A stretch of 64,000 nt of DNA from Promethearchaeota archaeon (GTDB lineage Archaea; Asgardarchaeota; Lokiarchaeia; Sigyniarchaeales; SOKP01): positions 320,124 to 384,123 of the forward strand of contig JBHLLT010000001.1 in the NCBI GenBank assembly GCA_048938855.1, read 5' to 3'. The notes under the pieces are model-generated. The model was not told where the DNA came from, did not search any database, and was given only the letters and a program-made list of their open reading frames with translations. The translations under genes were made by a program, and so were the position numbers. Within the stretch, counting starts at the first letter, position 1, and each line of letters starts with the position of its first letter. Shown here piece after piece: positions 28,626 through 38,717 of the stretch.

Positions 28626-29351
28626 ATGGATAGGAATCGACCTGAAACCACTCTTTTTCTTATGCAGTCTTTGGATGGAAAAATATCTACAGGGAATGTT
28701 GATGAACGCGATCAGGAAATTGACTTTCCAAAAATCAAAGGTATTAAAGAAGGGAATTACCAATATTATGAATTCTTATTTAAGACTGACAGAGTCGCTT
28801 TAATTAGCGGAAAAGTATTAGCTAAGATTGGTACTAATTCCCGTGAAAAAGAGGATGACCATAAGGATGTAAGCCTTATTATTATTGATCGCAAACCGCA
28901 CCTTACAAAAAAGGGTGTCGATTATCTAGTTAATTCATTTAAGTCAATCTTTGTTGTTACGAATAATAAAGATCATCCGGCATTTGAGTTCCCAAATGTA
29001 CAAGATCTCAATATCATTTATTATTCAAATGAAGTTAATCTTGAGGAGTTATTTTTAAAACTTAAGCAAGATTATAAAATTGACAGGATTTCAATCCAAT
29101 CCGGAGGAACTTTAAATGCATTATTTCTAAAATATAAACTTATAGATCATGTTTCAATAATAGTAGCACCCTGTCTAATTGGCGGAAAAGATACTCCTAC
29201 TTCAATAGATGGCTTCGCTCCTCAAACTGATGATGATTTATTAAATATTAAAGCTTTGACGCTTAAGAAATGTGAAGTGTTAAAACATTCATATCTCCAT
29301 CTATACTATGATGTGATAAATGAAACAGTTAAAGAAGAAAGTTTAGATTAA
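28626..29351 (+). CDS. RibD C-terminal / DHFR-like reductase
   Basis: MQSLDGKIST, IQSGGTLNA, LIDHVSIIVAPCLIGGKDTPT. Confidence 0.85.
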   Translation: MDRNRPETTLFLMQSLDGKISTGNVDERDQEIDFPKIKGIKEGNYQYYEFLFKTDRVALISGKVLAKIGTNSREKEDDHKDVSLIIIDRKPHLTKKGVDYLVNSFKSIFVVTNNKDHPAFEFPNVQDLNIIYYSNEVNLEELFLKLKQDYKIDRISIQSGGTLNALFLKYKLIDHVSIIVAPCLIGGKDTPTSIDGFAPQTDDDLLNIKALTLKKCEVLKHSYLHLYYDVINETVKEESLD

Positions 29352-29720
29352 CTTAGCGATTTTTTCGCATGTTCTTTTGCAATCTAAAAATATTAATCCT
29401 AATCTTACATCCTTCGTAGTAGAAACAGTTAATACAGCATTGGGGCCCGCTTGTAGTACGAGGAGATAGCCATCGCTACCCTTCACATATAGCTGATCGA
29501 ATTCCCCCTTTTCCATCTCGATAACAGACCTTTCGGCTAAGGAGAGCAACGCTGCAGTCATCGCGGCAATCCTCGTCTCATCAACTCCTTGAGGAAGAGC
29601 AGATGCAATTGGTAAACCTTCAGCTGAAACAATCGCGGCAGCCTTTACCTCTGGAATTGCTGCGAGCAATTTCTTCAAGATATCATCAAGATTCTCTGTT
29701 GTTGGCTCCAAGGGGATCAT
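29343..29720 (-). CDS. Roadblock/LC7 (MglB-like) protein
   Basis: EVKAAAIVSAEGLPIASAL..ETRIAAMTAALLSLAER..LYVKGSDGY..RLGLIFLD. Confidence 0.93.
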   Translation of the reverse strand: MIPLEPTTENLDDILKKLLAAIPEVKAAAIVSAEGLPIASALPQGVDETRIAAMTAALLSLAERSVIEMEKGEFDQLYVKGSDGYLLVLQAGPNAVLTVSTTKDVRLGLIFLDCKRTCEKIAKLI

Positions 29721-29957
29721 TTTATTTGGTAATTTAAATTAGAATATATTTCACAAAATTTTGAGATTTATAATCTTACTTACTATTATAGATATAATTT
29801 ACTTATTTTAATTTTATTTAATTTTTTTTATTTCTTACTTTGTAATAAATTATATTATTATTTCCTTATTAATCTAGTTTAGAAAATTTCTAAGTTTAGA
29901 CTCTTAAACACTGTTATTATTTTTAGAAAACTTTACTTGTACTAATTATCAAAATTA

Positions 29958-31007
29958 TTATTTAAATATTTTAGCCGTTTCAATTATTGCATTAATATTT
30001 TTGGGGTCACATTTTCTATTGATTTGTTGTGATGGAGATATTACCAACGGGCAATTATATTCTTTGGCTTTAGAAATCAATTTTTTAGTATAGTCTTTTA
30101 CTTCCTGTGGGGTGCCAAAAGTGAGGAGACTCATATCTAAATTCCCAATAAAACAGATCTGATTTTTAAATTTCTTGAAAAGGCTAAATATATCAACTCC
30201 CGAACTAGGTTCTAGACTTTGAAGGGCATCAAAACCTAGATCTATAAACGTACTGATCATATCAGAAATATAACCATCAGAGTGTAGTATAACATAATGC
30301 TTTTTTTGGTGAATAATATCAATAATTTTCTTATATTCGTCAAAGAATAGCTTTCTCCATCTCTCTTTAGATATAAAAGTTCTTTTTTTATATCCAATAT
30401 CATCTGCTATTAAGAATGTTGTAGCACCTGTGCGCTGAATTTTTTGTATTAACGTGTTCAGATAATTTGAGAAAAAATGAAGCACTTTTTCAATGAATGA
30501 TATATCCTTATTTAAGCATTTAGCAAAAAATTTTATGCCCATTGATTGCCAAGTTTTTTCAAATAATCCGGGTAAGGAGATAACAAATTCTAAATTATGA
30601 TTTGTTGTATCTAAAAAACTTCTTAAATTCATAAGATTTTCTTCAGAAGGCAGGTTTAGATGTTCCCAATTATCAATAATCTCTTCACTTTTAAATACTC
30701 CATCCCACATATACCAGTTTCCCTTGTATAACCGCCCCCATCCATCAACTCTTATTTGATCATTCAGAATATAACCACCTTTTCCACGACGGAAATCCCA
30801 TATAGAGATAGCATCAAAACCCATTTGTTCAATAATGCTATAGTTTTTATTATTTAATATTAAATTCACTTTCTCAGGCTTAAGCTTATATTGTATTATG
30901 TAATTTTCAATAAACTCAGATTCGGGGTATCCAGTGCAATATATTGGAATTTCAGACGTGATTTCTTTTGATAAAGCTTTAATAAAATTACTTAAGTAGG
31001 GAGACAT
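29958..31007 (-). CDS. Uroporphyrinogen decarboxylase / MtaA-CmuA family protein
   Basis: DGWGR, IADDIGYK, ILHSDG, GFDALQSLEP, CFIGNLD, GTPQEV. ATG at 31007 preferred over TTG at 31079, which abuts the divergent gene. Confidence 0.85.
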   Translation of the reverse strand: MSPYLSNFIKALSKEITSEIPIYCTGYPESEFIENYIIQYKLKPEKVNLILNNKNYSIIEQMGFDAISIWDFRRGKGGYILNDQIRVDGWGRLYKGNWYMWDGVFKSEEIIDNWEHLNLPSEENLMNLRSFLDTTNHNLEFVISLPGLFEKTWQSMGIKFFAKCLNKDISFIEKVLHFFSNYLNTLIQKIQRTGATTFLIADDIGYKKRTFISKERWRKLFFDEYKKIIDIIHQKKHYVILHSDGYISDMISTFIDLGFDALQSLEPSSGVDIFSLFKKFKNQICFIGNLDMSLLTFGTPQEVKDYTKKLISKAKEYNCPLVISPSQQINRKCDPKNINAIIETAKIFK

Positions 31008-31087
31008 TCTTTTATAGACTAAAGCGAAATTAATTATTAGAGTATAAATTATTTCAATAATTAATATAATTCTTTTCAAGATTTATT

Positions 31088-32236
31088 ATGAATTACTGGG
31101 AGGTTGTTGATAGTCTATATAATATAACTCTATCTCTCGCATTTTTTACTCTCATGTTTTTATTGTTTTATATTGGGGTAAAGGGATTTAGAAACAAAAA
31201 TAAGTATGGTGGAGTATCAACAGTTGTATGTGGTATCTGTTTTTTAATTTTTGGATATTTTAATGCTATTGGAAGATTTTTTCCTTATCCATACAATGGA
31301 TTTATGGTATGGTGGATAATGTTTATAATCATATTTAGCTTCAGTTTTATGGGGATAATTAAGAGGATAAAAAACAAAATGGCCTTAGAGGGTTCGCAAA
31401 ATATCTTAGAAGAAGGCCGAAAACCTATTTTAAGAAGGTATATTGATAGAATGACAAAAGGAAATCCTTACAGAGCAGAGATCACTTTTAAAATGGAGTT
31501 AGTTAGAAAAAGTTTTCATTTAATGGGATTACTGCTGATTCTTGCTTATTTCGGATTTTTTTCTCTTCTTTATCCAGTAACACGCATAATAAATGATAGT
31601 GTAATTGAATTAATTAATCATATTCAACCCGCTTATGAACTAATTTGGGGTTCAGTATCGATGTATCCATTTGGGATAGGTGATCCTCAAGCTGTCGAAT
31701 ATCTCACTATGATGGCGTTGATTGGTTCACTCATGTTTGCGATAATTCCTGATCTGATAAGAATTATTTGGGGGCCTGAATATTCTATTTTCAACTTTTT
31801 ATCTCATTCAATGTTAAGAAACAAAGAGATAAATGCTGCAGGACCACAGATTTATATTATTACAGGATTTATTTTTTCTTATATGCTCTACATGGCGGGG
31901 ATAATTCATATTTTAGCATTTTTTGCAGGGATACTTATAGCATGTCTTTCGGATGCTGCTGCTGCATTAATAGGAAGAGGATATGGAAAGCGTAAAGTAA
32001 AAGTAATGAGCAAAGAGACTAAATCAGTTGAAGGATTTCTAGCAGGAACAATATTAGCATATTTAATTGGATTGATTCTTGTGGGGCCTATTTATGCGAT
32101 CATTGGAGCAATAGTTTTCTTTATAACAGATTATTTTCCAATATATACAGCAGATAATATTCTAAATCCTATATTTATTCCAATAGGTTTTCAGCTTTTT
32201 ATCGTTTTATTAGGATTGCCAGTAGGATGGTTTTAA
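31088..32236 (+). CDS. CTP-dependent dolichol/phytol/diacylglycerol kinase family membrane protein with extra N-terminal TMs
   Basis: ELVRKSFHL, SDAAAALIGRGYG, KSVEGFLAG, DNILNP motifs. Confidence 0.8.
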   Translation: MNYWEVVDSLYNITLSLAFFTLMFLLFYIGVKGFRNKNKYGGVSTVVCGICFLIFGYFNAIGRFFPYPYNGFMVWWIMFIIIFSFSFMGIIKRIKNKMALEGSQNILEEGRKPILRRYIDRMTKGNPYRAEITFKMELVRKSFHLMGLLLILAYFGFFSLLYPVTRIINDSVIELINHIQPAYELIWGSVSMYPFGIGDPQAVEYLTMMALIGSLMFAIIPDLIRIIWGPEYSIFNFLSHSMLRNKEINAAGPQIYIITGFIFSYMLYMAGIIHILAFFAGILIACLSDAAAALIGRGYGKRKVKVMSKETKSVEGFLAGTILAYLIGLILVGPIYAIIGAIVFFITDYFPIYTADNILNPIFIPIGFQLFIVLLGLPVGWF

Positions 32237-32243
32237 TTTTAAA

Positions 32244-33086
32244 ATGCGAGCACTTATTGATGACCTGAAAGATTTACAATTGGCTATTTTTGATTTAGAT
32301 GGGGTAATATACCGGGGAGAGTCATTAATCCCCAATACTGATAGGATAATTATCGAATTAAGAGAGCACTCTATTAAGGTTATTTATAATTCTAATAATT
32401 CCACAGCAACTCGAAAGACTTACGTTAATAGATTGAAAAAATTCAATATAGAATGTAAAGAGTCTGATTTTTATACTAGTGCATCCATAACTTCTGCCGA
32501 AATCACAAAATTAAAAGAAAAAGCTAATATATTTGTGATTGGTGAAATCGGATTAAAATCAGAATTAAAAGCTCAAGGGCATAATGTAATAGAAGAGGTT
32601 TCTGATTTTAATGATATTGACTTTGTTATTGTAGGTCTTGACAGAGAATTCAATTATCAAAAATTAGCAACAGCCCAAAAATGTATTTTGGAAGGGAAAG
32701 CTCAATTTTATGCAACAAATGCAGATTCTACATTACCAGTTGCTCGTGGTCTTAAACCTGGGGCTGGTGTAATGGTGAATGCACTAATGACATGTACCAA
32801 TAAGGAACCAATAAAGATTTTTGGTAAACCTGAACCGTTTGGTATCAATTTGATCTTAAATGATTCTAAAATTCCTGCTAAAAATGCATGCATTTTTGGA
32901 GATCGTTTGAATACTGATATAATCGCAGGTAATAGAGCGGGTATAAAAAGTATAGCTGTTTTAACAGGAGTAACTACTCTTGAAATGATTGAAGATTTAA
33001 AAGCTAGAAGTAATAAATTCCAAATTGTCGATAAAAATTTAATTCCAGATTTAGTAATTAAAAATTTAGAAGAGATTTTTAAATAA
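32244..33086 (+). CDS. HAD-IIA hydrolase (NagD family)
   Basis: FDLDGVIY, SNNS, ATNAD, GKPEP, GDRLNTDI. Confidence 0.92.
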   Translation: MRALIDDLKDLQLAIFDLDGVIYRGESLIPNTDRIIIELREHSIKVIYNSNNSTATRKTYVNRLKKFNIECKESDFYTSASITSAEITKLKEKANIFVIGEIGLKSELKAQGHNVIEEVSDFNDIDFVIVGLDREFNYQKLATAQKCILEGKAQFYATNADSTLPVARGLKPGAGVMVNALMTCTNKEPIKIFGKPEPFGINLILNDSKIPAKNACIFGDRLNTDIIAGNRAGIKSIAVLTGVTTLEMIEDLKARSNKFQIVDKNLIPDLVIKNLEEIFK

Positions 33087-33105
33087 TAGAGTTATTAAAG
33101 CATCT

Positions 33106-33645
33106 CTATAAGAGTCCTGCTTTGATCAGCATTAAACGGCTTATTTCTTGGAAAATATCTTCCACATTTTCTCCACTTTTCGCGGAACATTCAAGATAAC
33201 CAAAAAGATTATTCTCTTTAGCCATTTCAAGTGCTTCTTCTCGAGACACAGCTCTTTTATACTCAAGATCTAGTTTGCTACCAACCATGAGAACAGGCAT
33301 TTGTTGGGTATCAGCTTTATAACCCTTTTTAAAAATTTCAATCCAATCATGAAAATTTTTAAGACTAGTATATCTTGTTATATCAAACATAAAAACCCCT
33401 CCAGCTGCACCAACTACATAGCTAGGCATAAGAAATCTAAACCTATCCTCTCCCGCAAAATCCCAGATTTGTAAACCAACTCGTTTTCCATCTATATCAA
33501 CCTTTTTTACGTGAAAATCCACACCTATTGTAAGTTGTGAATCACTCTTAAAGACCCCGGTTAAATATCGATTAATTAGGGTGGTCTTTCCTACACCTCC
33601 ATCCCCGAAAAAAACTATTTTAAACATAGCATCGCTAACAGACAT
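33106..33645 (-). CDS. Rab/Ras-like small GTPase
   Basis: GDGGVGKT, TIGVDF, WDFAGE, GSKLD, ECSAK; no C-terminal prenylation Cys. Confidence 0.93.
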   Translation of the reverse strand: MSVSDAMFKIVFFGDGGVGKTTLINRYLTGVFKSDSQLTIGVDFHVKKVDIDGKRVGLQIWDFAGEDRFRFLMPSYVVGAAGGVFMFDITRYTSLKNFHDWIEIFKKGYKADTQQMPVLMVGSKLDLEYKRAVSREEALEMAKENNLFGYLECSAKSGENVEDIFQEISRLMLIKAGLL

Positions 33646-33877
33646 TTTCTCCAGCCTATCGTTAAATTAATTATTCTTTAAAGCATCCTTCTTGAGTAAG
33701 TGAAATTTCAAATACTGGTTGGTAAAAATATTTGATATCACTTATTTAATAAATATAATAGATTAGATTTTTAAAAATAATTGTTTTTAGATACCTAATA
33801 ATCTCAAATTTAAAATTTTTTTTATAATTTGTAACAAGAAATATTATAAAAAACACAAAATTAAATCATCTTAAATT

Positions 33878-35032
33878 ATGTCTACAAGAGTTTCTATTGT
33901 AAATGTAAATGATTATGGTTCTATTCCTGAAGCCATATTTGCTGCAATAAAATTAATTGAAAACAACCTCTCGTTTGATATATCCACTTCAGAAAAAATA
34001 CTTTTAAAACCAAATTTACTTAGAGCAAGCAAAGATGCATGTTCCCAATCTAGCTTTGTTGAAGGTGTTATATTATATTTAAAAGACCAAGGTGTTTCAA
34101 TGGACAAAGTCTTTCTCGGAGATTCTCCAGGGCAGCAAGGAAAATCGGTTTCAGATATAGCTAAAGAAATTGGTATGTTGGAATTATGTGAGAAGAATGG
34201 AATTACACTAGTTGATTTTGGGAGTGAAGCACCAGAAGTAGAAATAATCGACAATGCTGTTAATATGAAAGAATATCGAGTTGCTAAAGCCGTTAAGGAA
34301 TGTGATATTCTAATAAATTTACCGAAACTAAAAAGTCATGGAGAAGCGACAATGACAGGGGCGATTAAAAATTATTGGGGCATTATTCCAGGAGGATTGA
34401 AAGCTAAATATCATTTATTAGGAAAATCTGCAGATCAATTTGGACAAGTTCTTGCCGATAATTTTTCGTGGATAGTAAAAAATAAACCAAATAGACTAAC
34501 AGTATACGATTTGCAACGGATTATGGAAGGAGCAATGGGACCTAATGCTGGGAAAATGACTAAATGGGATTTAATTCTGGTAGGTACAGACGAATTAGCA
34601 TTAGATGTAGTTGCGTTAGAAATAGGGAAACGAAAAGCAAAAATTGTTCCACATGTGAAAAGTGCTATTGAAAGAAATTTGGGAGTAGGTAGCTTAGAGA
34701 ATATAGAGGTTGTTGGATTAACTTTAGAGGAGGCAAAGAAGCTTACGCCAAAATTCAATATTCCAGGAAGAACTATGACACGTTTTATTAGTTTTATGTC
34801 CAGTCATATGGCATATAAAGTAATAAAAAGAATTCCTAATTTAATTAAAAAAAAATGTGTACAATGTGGTCAATGCGCACAAAACTGTCCTGCTGAAGCA
34901 ATTGAATTTGAAAAAGGAAAATATCCAGTTTTTCTAAGGAAAAAATGTATTAGCTGTCTATGTTGTTTTGAACTCTGTCCCGAGGATGCAATTGAAGCAA
35001 AAAGTAGGGGTTTAGCTGGATTTTTTGATTAA
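33878..35032 (+). CDS. DUF362 protein with C-terminal 2x[4Fe-4S] ferredoxin domain
   Basis: ILLKPNL, GDSPG, INLPKLKSH, TGAIKN..G, CVQCGQCAQNCP and CISCLCCFELCP. Confidence 0.9.
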   Translation: MSTRVSIVNVNDYGSIPEAIFAAIKLIENNLSFDISTSEKILLKPNLLRASKDACSQSSFVEGVILYLKDQGVSMDKVFLGDSPGQQGKSVSDIAKEIGMLELCEKNGITLVDFGSEAPEVEIIDNAVNMKEYRVAKAVKECDILINLPKLKSHGEATMTGAIKNYWGIIPGGLKAKYHLLGKSADQFGQVLADNFSWIVKNKPNRLTVYDLQRIMEGAMGPNAGKMTKWDLILVGTDELALDVVALEIGKRKAKIVPHVKSAIERNLGVGSLENIEVVGLTLEEAKKLTPKFNIPGRTMTRFISFMSSHMAYKVIKRIPNLIKKKCVQCGQCAQNCPAEAIEFEKGKYPVFLRKKCISCLCCFELCPEDAIEAKSRGLAGFFD

Positions 35033-36444
35033 TCCTTTTTTTTCAATAATTTAGAATAATGTTCTAGAAAATAATAATTAGCTAGTCTAGTATTAATTAT
35101 AGAGTCATATTGAATAAATTCATTAGTAGAATGGGCAAAACCCCCAATACCTAACCCTCCAGTTATGAAATTCAAATTTAAATCCTTCTGAATTTTACTT
35201 AATGGAGCTGCCGCGGCACTCAATGGCCATAATTCAGTTGATACACCTATACGGTTGGCACTCTCTTTAAGACTTCTAACAAGGAGAGAATATTTTTGAA
35301 CTCTTGAACTTTCATAACCTAAATTTTTAGTAATCTCAATTTGAGATTTAGTATTTTTGGAGAAATTCTTTATCTTTTCTTTAATTTCATTAAATACTAT
35401 CTCAGTTGCTACTTGATGAGCGAACCTGATATCAATATTGCATAAAGCTTGATTAGGTACATAATTTTTTGTTCCTTGTTCTAAAAATCCTGATTTTAAA
35501 GTTGAAATGTTGAACGTAGGGTTAAAGAGGTAATTAACAAATGCTTTATAAGGATCATCTTCGATTACCTGCGTTATTCCCGCTTTTTGTTTAATGATTT
35601 CAATATCTACATTTTTTATAAGTGAATCAATAAGAGATTGTTCCTCATCTGTGAGTACATATGGTTTTTTTAAACTATCAATTTGAAATTGGTTATTTGA
35701 ATATATTGTATTAAGTAAAGAAACTAAATCAATTGCCGGATTAGGAATCATACTGCTAAAGGCTGAGTGAGGTTCTTCATTTTTTGAGGAAATCTTTATA
35801 GAAAGTGATAAGATCCCTTTATATCCTAATTTTAAAACTAGGTTTCCATTAATATCTTGTTTTGTTGCAGGATAATAAGCATCAACACAATTGCCAAAAA
35901 TTTTTCGATTAGTGCTACTTTCAAGAAATTTTAGAAGAGATGGAGAACCTTTTTCTTCCTCACCATCAAATAAAAGGAGTAAGGAAACTGGCAATTTATG
36001 TTTTTTTTTCAAGATTTTTACGATATTCAAGAAACATAATAAGGGCGTTTTAGAATTATAAGCACCTCTAGCTATAATACATTCACCTAATTTATTTAAA
36101 GGGGGAGGTAAAATCTTAAGTTCAGCTCCAAATGGACTACTTATCCACTCTTTTTCTTTGTTAACAGGCTGAGTATCATACATCATATAAATTAAGAGCT
36201 GTCTTTTTAAATCTCCCTCTACTTTAGCAACGATAATTGGACTTGTTATGCCATCATATACATTAATATTCTCCGAAATATCAGAGATATAAGAGACAAT
36301 AAAATTTTTTGCTTTTTCAATCCCTTCAGAATTAAGGGTATTGCTTGGAATTTTTAGAAATTGAATTAGTTCATGGTCAATGAAATTTTTATTAGAATTA
36401 TGTATTAAGTTGATAATCTTCTTTCCTGAGTTTGGGATTTCCAT
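35029..36444 (-). CDS. M20 family metallopeptidase/deacylase (variant metal ligands)
   Basis: YDTQP, ARGA..K, DGEEEKGS, LGYKGI, AHSTNE. Confidence 0.85.
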   Translation of the reverse strand: MEIPNSGKKIINLIHNSNKNFIDHELIQFLKIPSNTLNSEGIEKAKNFIVSYISDISENINVYDGITSPIIVAKVEGDLKRQLLIYMMYDTQPVNKEKEWISSPFGAELKILPPPLNKLGECIIARGAYNSKTPLLCFLNIVKILKKKHKLPVSLLLLFDGEEEKGSPSLLKFLESSTNRKIFGNCVDAYYPATKQDINGNLVLKLGYKGILSLSIKISSKNEEPHSAFSSMIPNPAIDLVSLLNTIYSNNQFQIDSLKKPYVLTDEEQSLIDSLIKNVDIEIIKQKAGITQVIEDDPYKAFVNYLFNPTFNISTLKSGFLEQGTKNYVPNQALCNIDIRFAHQVATEIVFNEIKEKIKNFSKNTKSQIEITKNLGYESSRVQKYSLLVRSLKESANRIGVSTELWPLSAAAAPLSKIQKDLNLNFITGGLGIGGFAHSTNEFIQYDSIINTRLANYYFLEHYSKLLKKKD

Positions 36445-36513
36445 ATATAATATAATAATTAAATAGTTTTATTTAATTGTCCATATTTATAGAAACTGAT
36501 CTAAATTAAATTT

Positions 36514-36900
36514 ATGAATAGTATGAGTCATTCTAATTTACAGAATCAAAGTGAGTTATTTCAACTAATAAATGATTTGAAAACTAACGGGAATTTGGAT
36601 GGAGCTATTTTTGCATATAGAGACGGAGGACTTATAATAGAAAGTTTAAGAAATAAGGTTAAAGGTAAAGAACTAGTATCAATGTGTGCTTCTGTTTTGG
36701 AAAGTGCCGTAGGAATAGGAGACGCTATAGGTTCTCAAAAAATTAATAAAATCATAGCGGAATTAGAAGGAAAAACAATTTTAATTTTTGAGTGTGATAC
36801 TAATACATTTCTGATATTGATTATAAACAGGGAATCTGATACATCCTATATTTTCAACAGGTTAGAGGAACTAGTTCATAAAGTGATTAAAATGTATTAA
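36514..36900 (+). CDS. Divergent roadblock/LC7 protein
   Basis: LDGAIFAYRDGGLI..VSMCASVL..IIAE..ILIF..FLILI roadblock pattern. Confidence 0.8.
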   Translation: MNSMSHSNLQNQSELFQLINDLKTNGNLDGAIFAYRDGGLIIESLRNKVKGKELVSMCASVLESAVGIGDAIGSQKINKIIAELEGKTILIFECDTNTFLILIINRESDTSYIFNRLEELVHKVIKMY

Positions 36901-36921
36901 ACTTAAATAAAGATTCTATTT

Positions 36922-38598
36922 CTACAGGTAATTCATCCATTTGGGATCGATCTGATTAAGAGCATTCTCAATTTCTTTTCGTACATCCCAATTATCATCT
37001 CCTAATCCATTTATCAATGGTTTAATTGCGTCTTTATTCCCTATTTCACCTAAAGCTTTAATCGCAGAAATTTTTATCTTATCATCATTTTCTTTTAATA
37101 ATTGAATGAATGGTTCAATTGAATCAACATCTTTAAGTTTTCCTAATGCCATAGCGGCCCAACTTTTTATGTATACATCTTCATCATTTAAACAAGAAAT
37201 TAAAGAATCTAATGATTCTTTACTACCAGTTCTTAACAATAAACTGACTGCTGCTCTACGCGTTTTCCAATTTTGGCTATTTAATGAGCTGATCGCAAAA
37301 TCCATGACTTTTCTATTTTCAAATTTGCCTAGTGCATCGATAACAGCTTTTCTTACACTTCCATTTTCATCTTCTATTAACTTAAACAAGTGATCAATTG
37401 TATCTGGATCAGCGATTTCACCAATAATTTTGGCACAAAACATTCTAATTTGCCAAGATTTATCTGATAATCCCATTATAATCTTATTATCAACTTTATT
37501 TTCCAAAATTCTTAATAAAGACCGATAGGCCGATCCACGTAAGCTTGCAACAGTACTATTAAAAATTGACAGGAGTAAATCAATCGATTGATTGTCATTT
37601 AAAAGGCCTAATAGTTTTATAGCTTCTCTTCGCGCATTAATGTTTCTACTTTTGATTACATCGTATAGGACTTCAAATGATTTTAATTTCTTGAGAATTT
37701 TATAAAGTGCGTTTTTTGCTAGACTACGGATTTTTGTATCCTTTTCTTTTAGTAAATCCATTAATGGTTTAATTGCCTTCTTACTTCCAACATTACCTAA
37801 AACTCGAATGGCTTCCTTTTTTACTTCTAAATCAGGGTCTTTTAATAAGTCTAAAATATGCCTAACATTTTTTAATTCAATAATTCCATCTAATGCTTTA
37901 ACTGAATTTTTCCGTATTATTGGATCTTTGTCTTGTAAAAAATTAATTAAGACAGTTTCACTTTCTTTGTTTTTAATTTTTCCAAGAATTATTGGGAGCT
38001 CTCTTTTAATATAAAGATCTTCTGTGTTAACGAAATCATTAATAATTTGTAAATTTACTTTACTTCCAATTTTTACAATTGTATTCATTAACGGATTATA
38101 AATTTCGGTGTTTCTAAAATGTAGTATATTAATTAACGGTATTAGTGCTTCGCTGGCGGTAGTTTTTCCCAATTGTTCAATTACTTTTTCTTTTACTTCA
38201 AAATCGGGATCATTTAAAGCTTCAATGAAGAACGTGATGGAATTATTTAGTTGACTTTGTCCTACTATTTCTATAAGGTTTTTTTTGACTGAACCATCTT
38301 TACAGTTCTTATACTGTTCTTTTAAGAATACAATTCCTTCTTTTTGATAACAATTAGCTAAGATTGTGATTAATTTAATTCTTAATTGGGGATGTTGTTC
38401 ATTTAAGAAGATATTTTTTATATCTTGAAACCGCTTATTTTTATCGTCCTTATAATCAACTAATAGTTCTGCTGCTTTCAATTTGCTTTCAATATTTTGG
38501 GAGGAAGATAATATTGATATGAGCATTTCAACAGCTTCATCTGGTTCCATAGTTTTTAATTTTTCAACTAACTGATCACTGTTAAAACTCATTACCAA
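36922..38598 (-). CDS. HEAT (PBS-lyase-like) repeat protein
   Basis: Many ~31-aa repeats: L.D.D..VR..A..ALG.IG...AI.PL. Confidence 0.92.
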   Translation of the reverse strand: MVMSFNSDQLVEKLKTMEPDEAVEMLISILSSSQNIESKLKAAELLVDYKDDKNKRFQDIKNIFLNEQHPQLRIKLITILANCYQKEGIVFLKEQYKNCKDGSVKKNLIEIVGQSQLNNSITFFIEALNDPDFEVKEKVIEQLGKTTASEALIPLINILHFRNTEIYNPLMNTIVKIGSKVNLQIINDFVNTEDLYIKRELPIILGKIKNKESETVLINFLQDKDPIIRKNSVKALDGIIELKNVRHILDLLKDPDLEVKKEAIRVLGNVGSKKAIKPLMDLLKEKDTKIRSLAKNALYKILKKLKSFEVLYDVIKSRNINARREAIKLLGLLNDNQSIDLLLSIFNSTVASLRGSAYRSLLRILENKVDNKIIMGLSDKSWQIRMFCAKIIGEIADPDTIDHLFKLIEDENGSVRKAVIDALGKFENRKVMDFAISSLNSQNWKTRRAAVSLLLRTGSKESLDSLISCLNDEDVYIKSWAAMALGKLKDVDSIEPFIQLLKENDDKIKISAIKALGEIGNKDAIKPLINGLGDDNWDVRKEIENALNQIDPKWMNYL

Positions 38599-38717
38599 AA
38601 CCTGAAATTATGATAGTTTATACTGAGTATAGCAAACAATAAAATCTTTGAAATATTAATAAAAAGCTGGTTTATTTATGTTTATTCTTTCAAGTAAAAA
38701 AGATTGAAACCAGTATT

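Noticed and set aside
26874-29351. YciI/GNAT/cupin/RibD-like block as a mobile island
   Set aside because: Accessory-looking genes, but no integrase, transposase, tRNA or flanking repeats seen.
36922-38598. HEAT protein as an adaptin trunk partner of the ear-like proteins
   Set aside because: Regular PBS-lyase-type 31-aa repeats are common in prokaryotes, and the gene is 17 kb away; no specific support.
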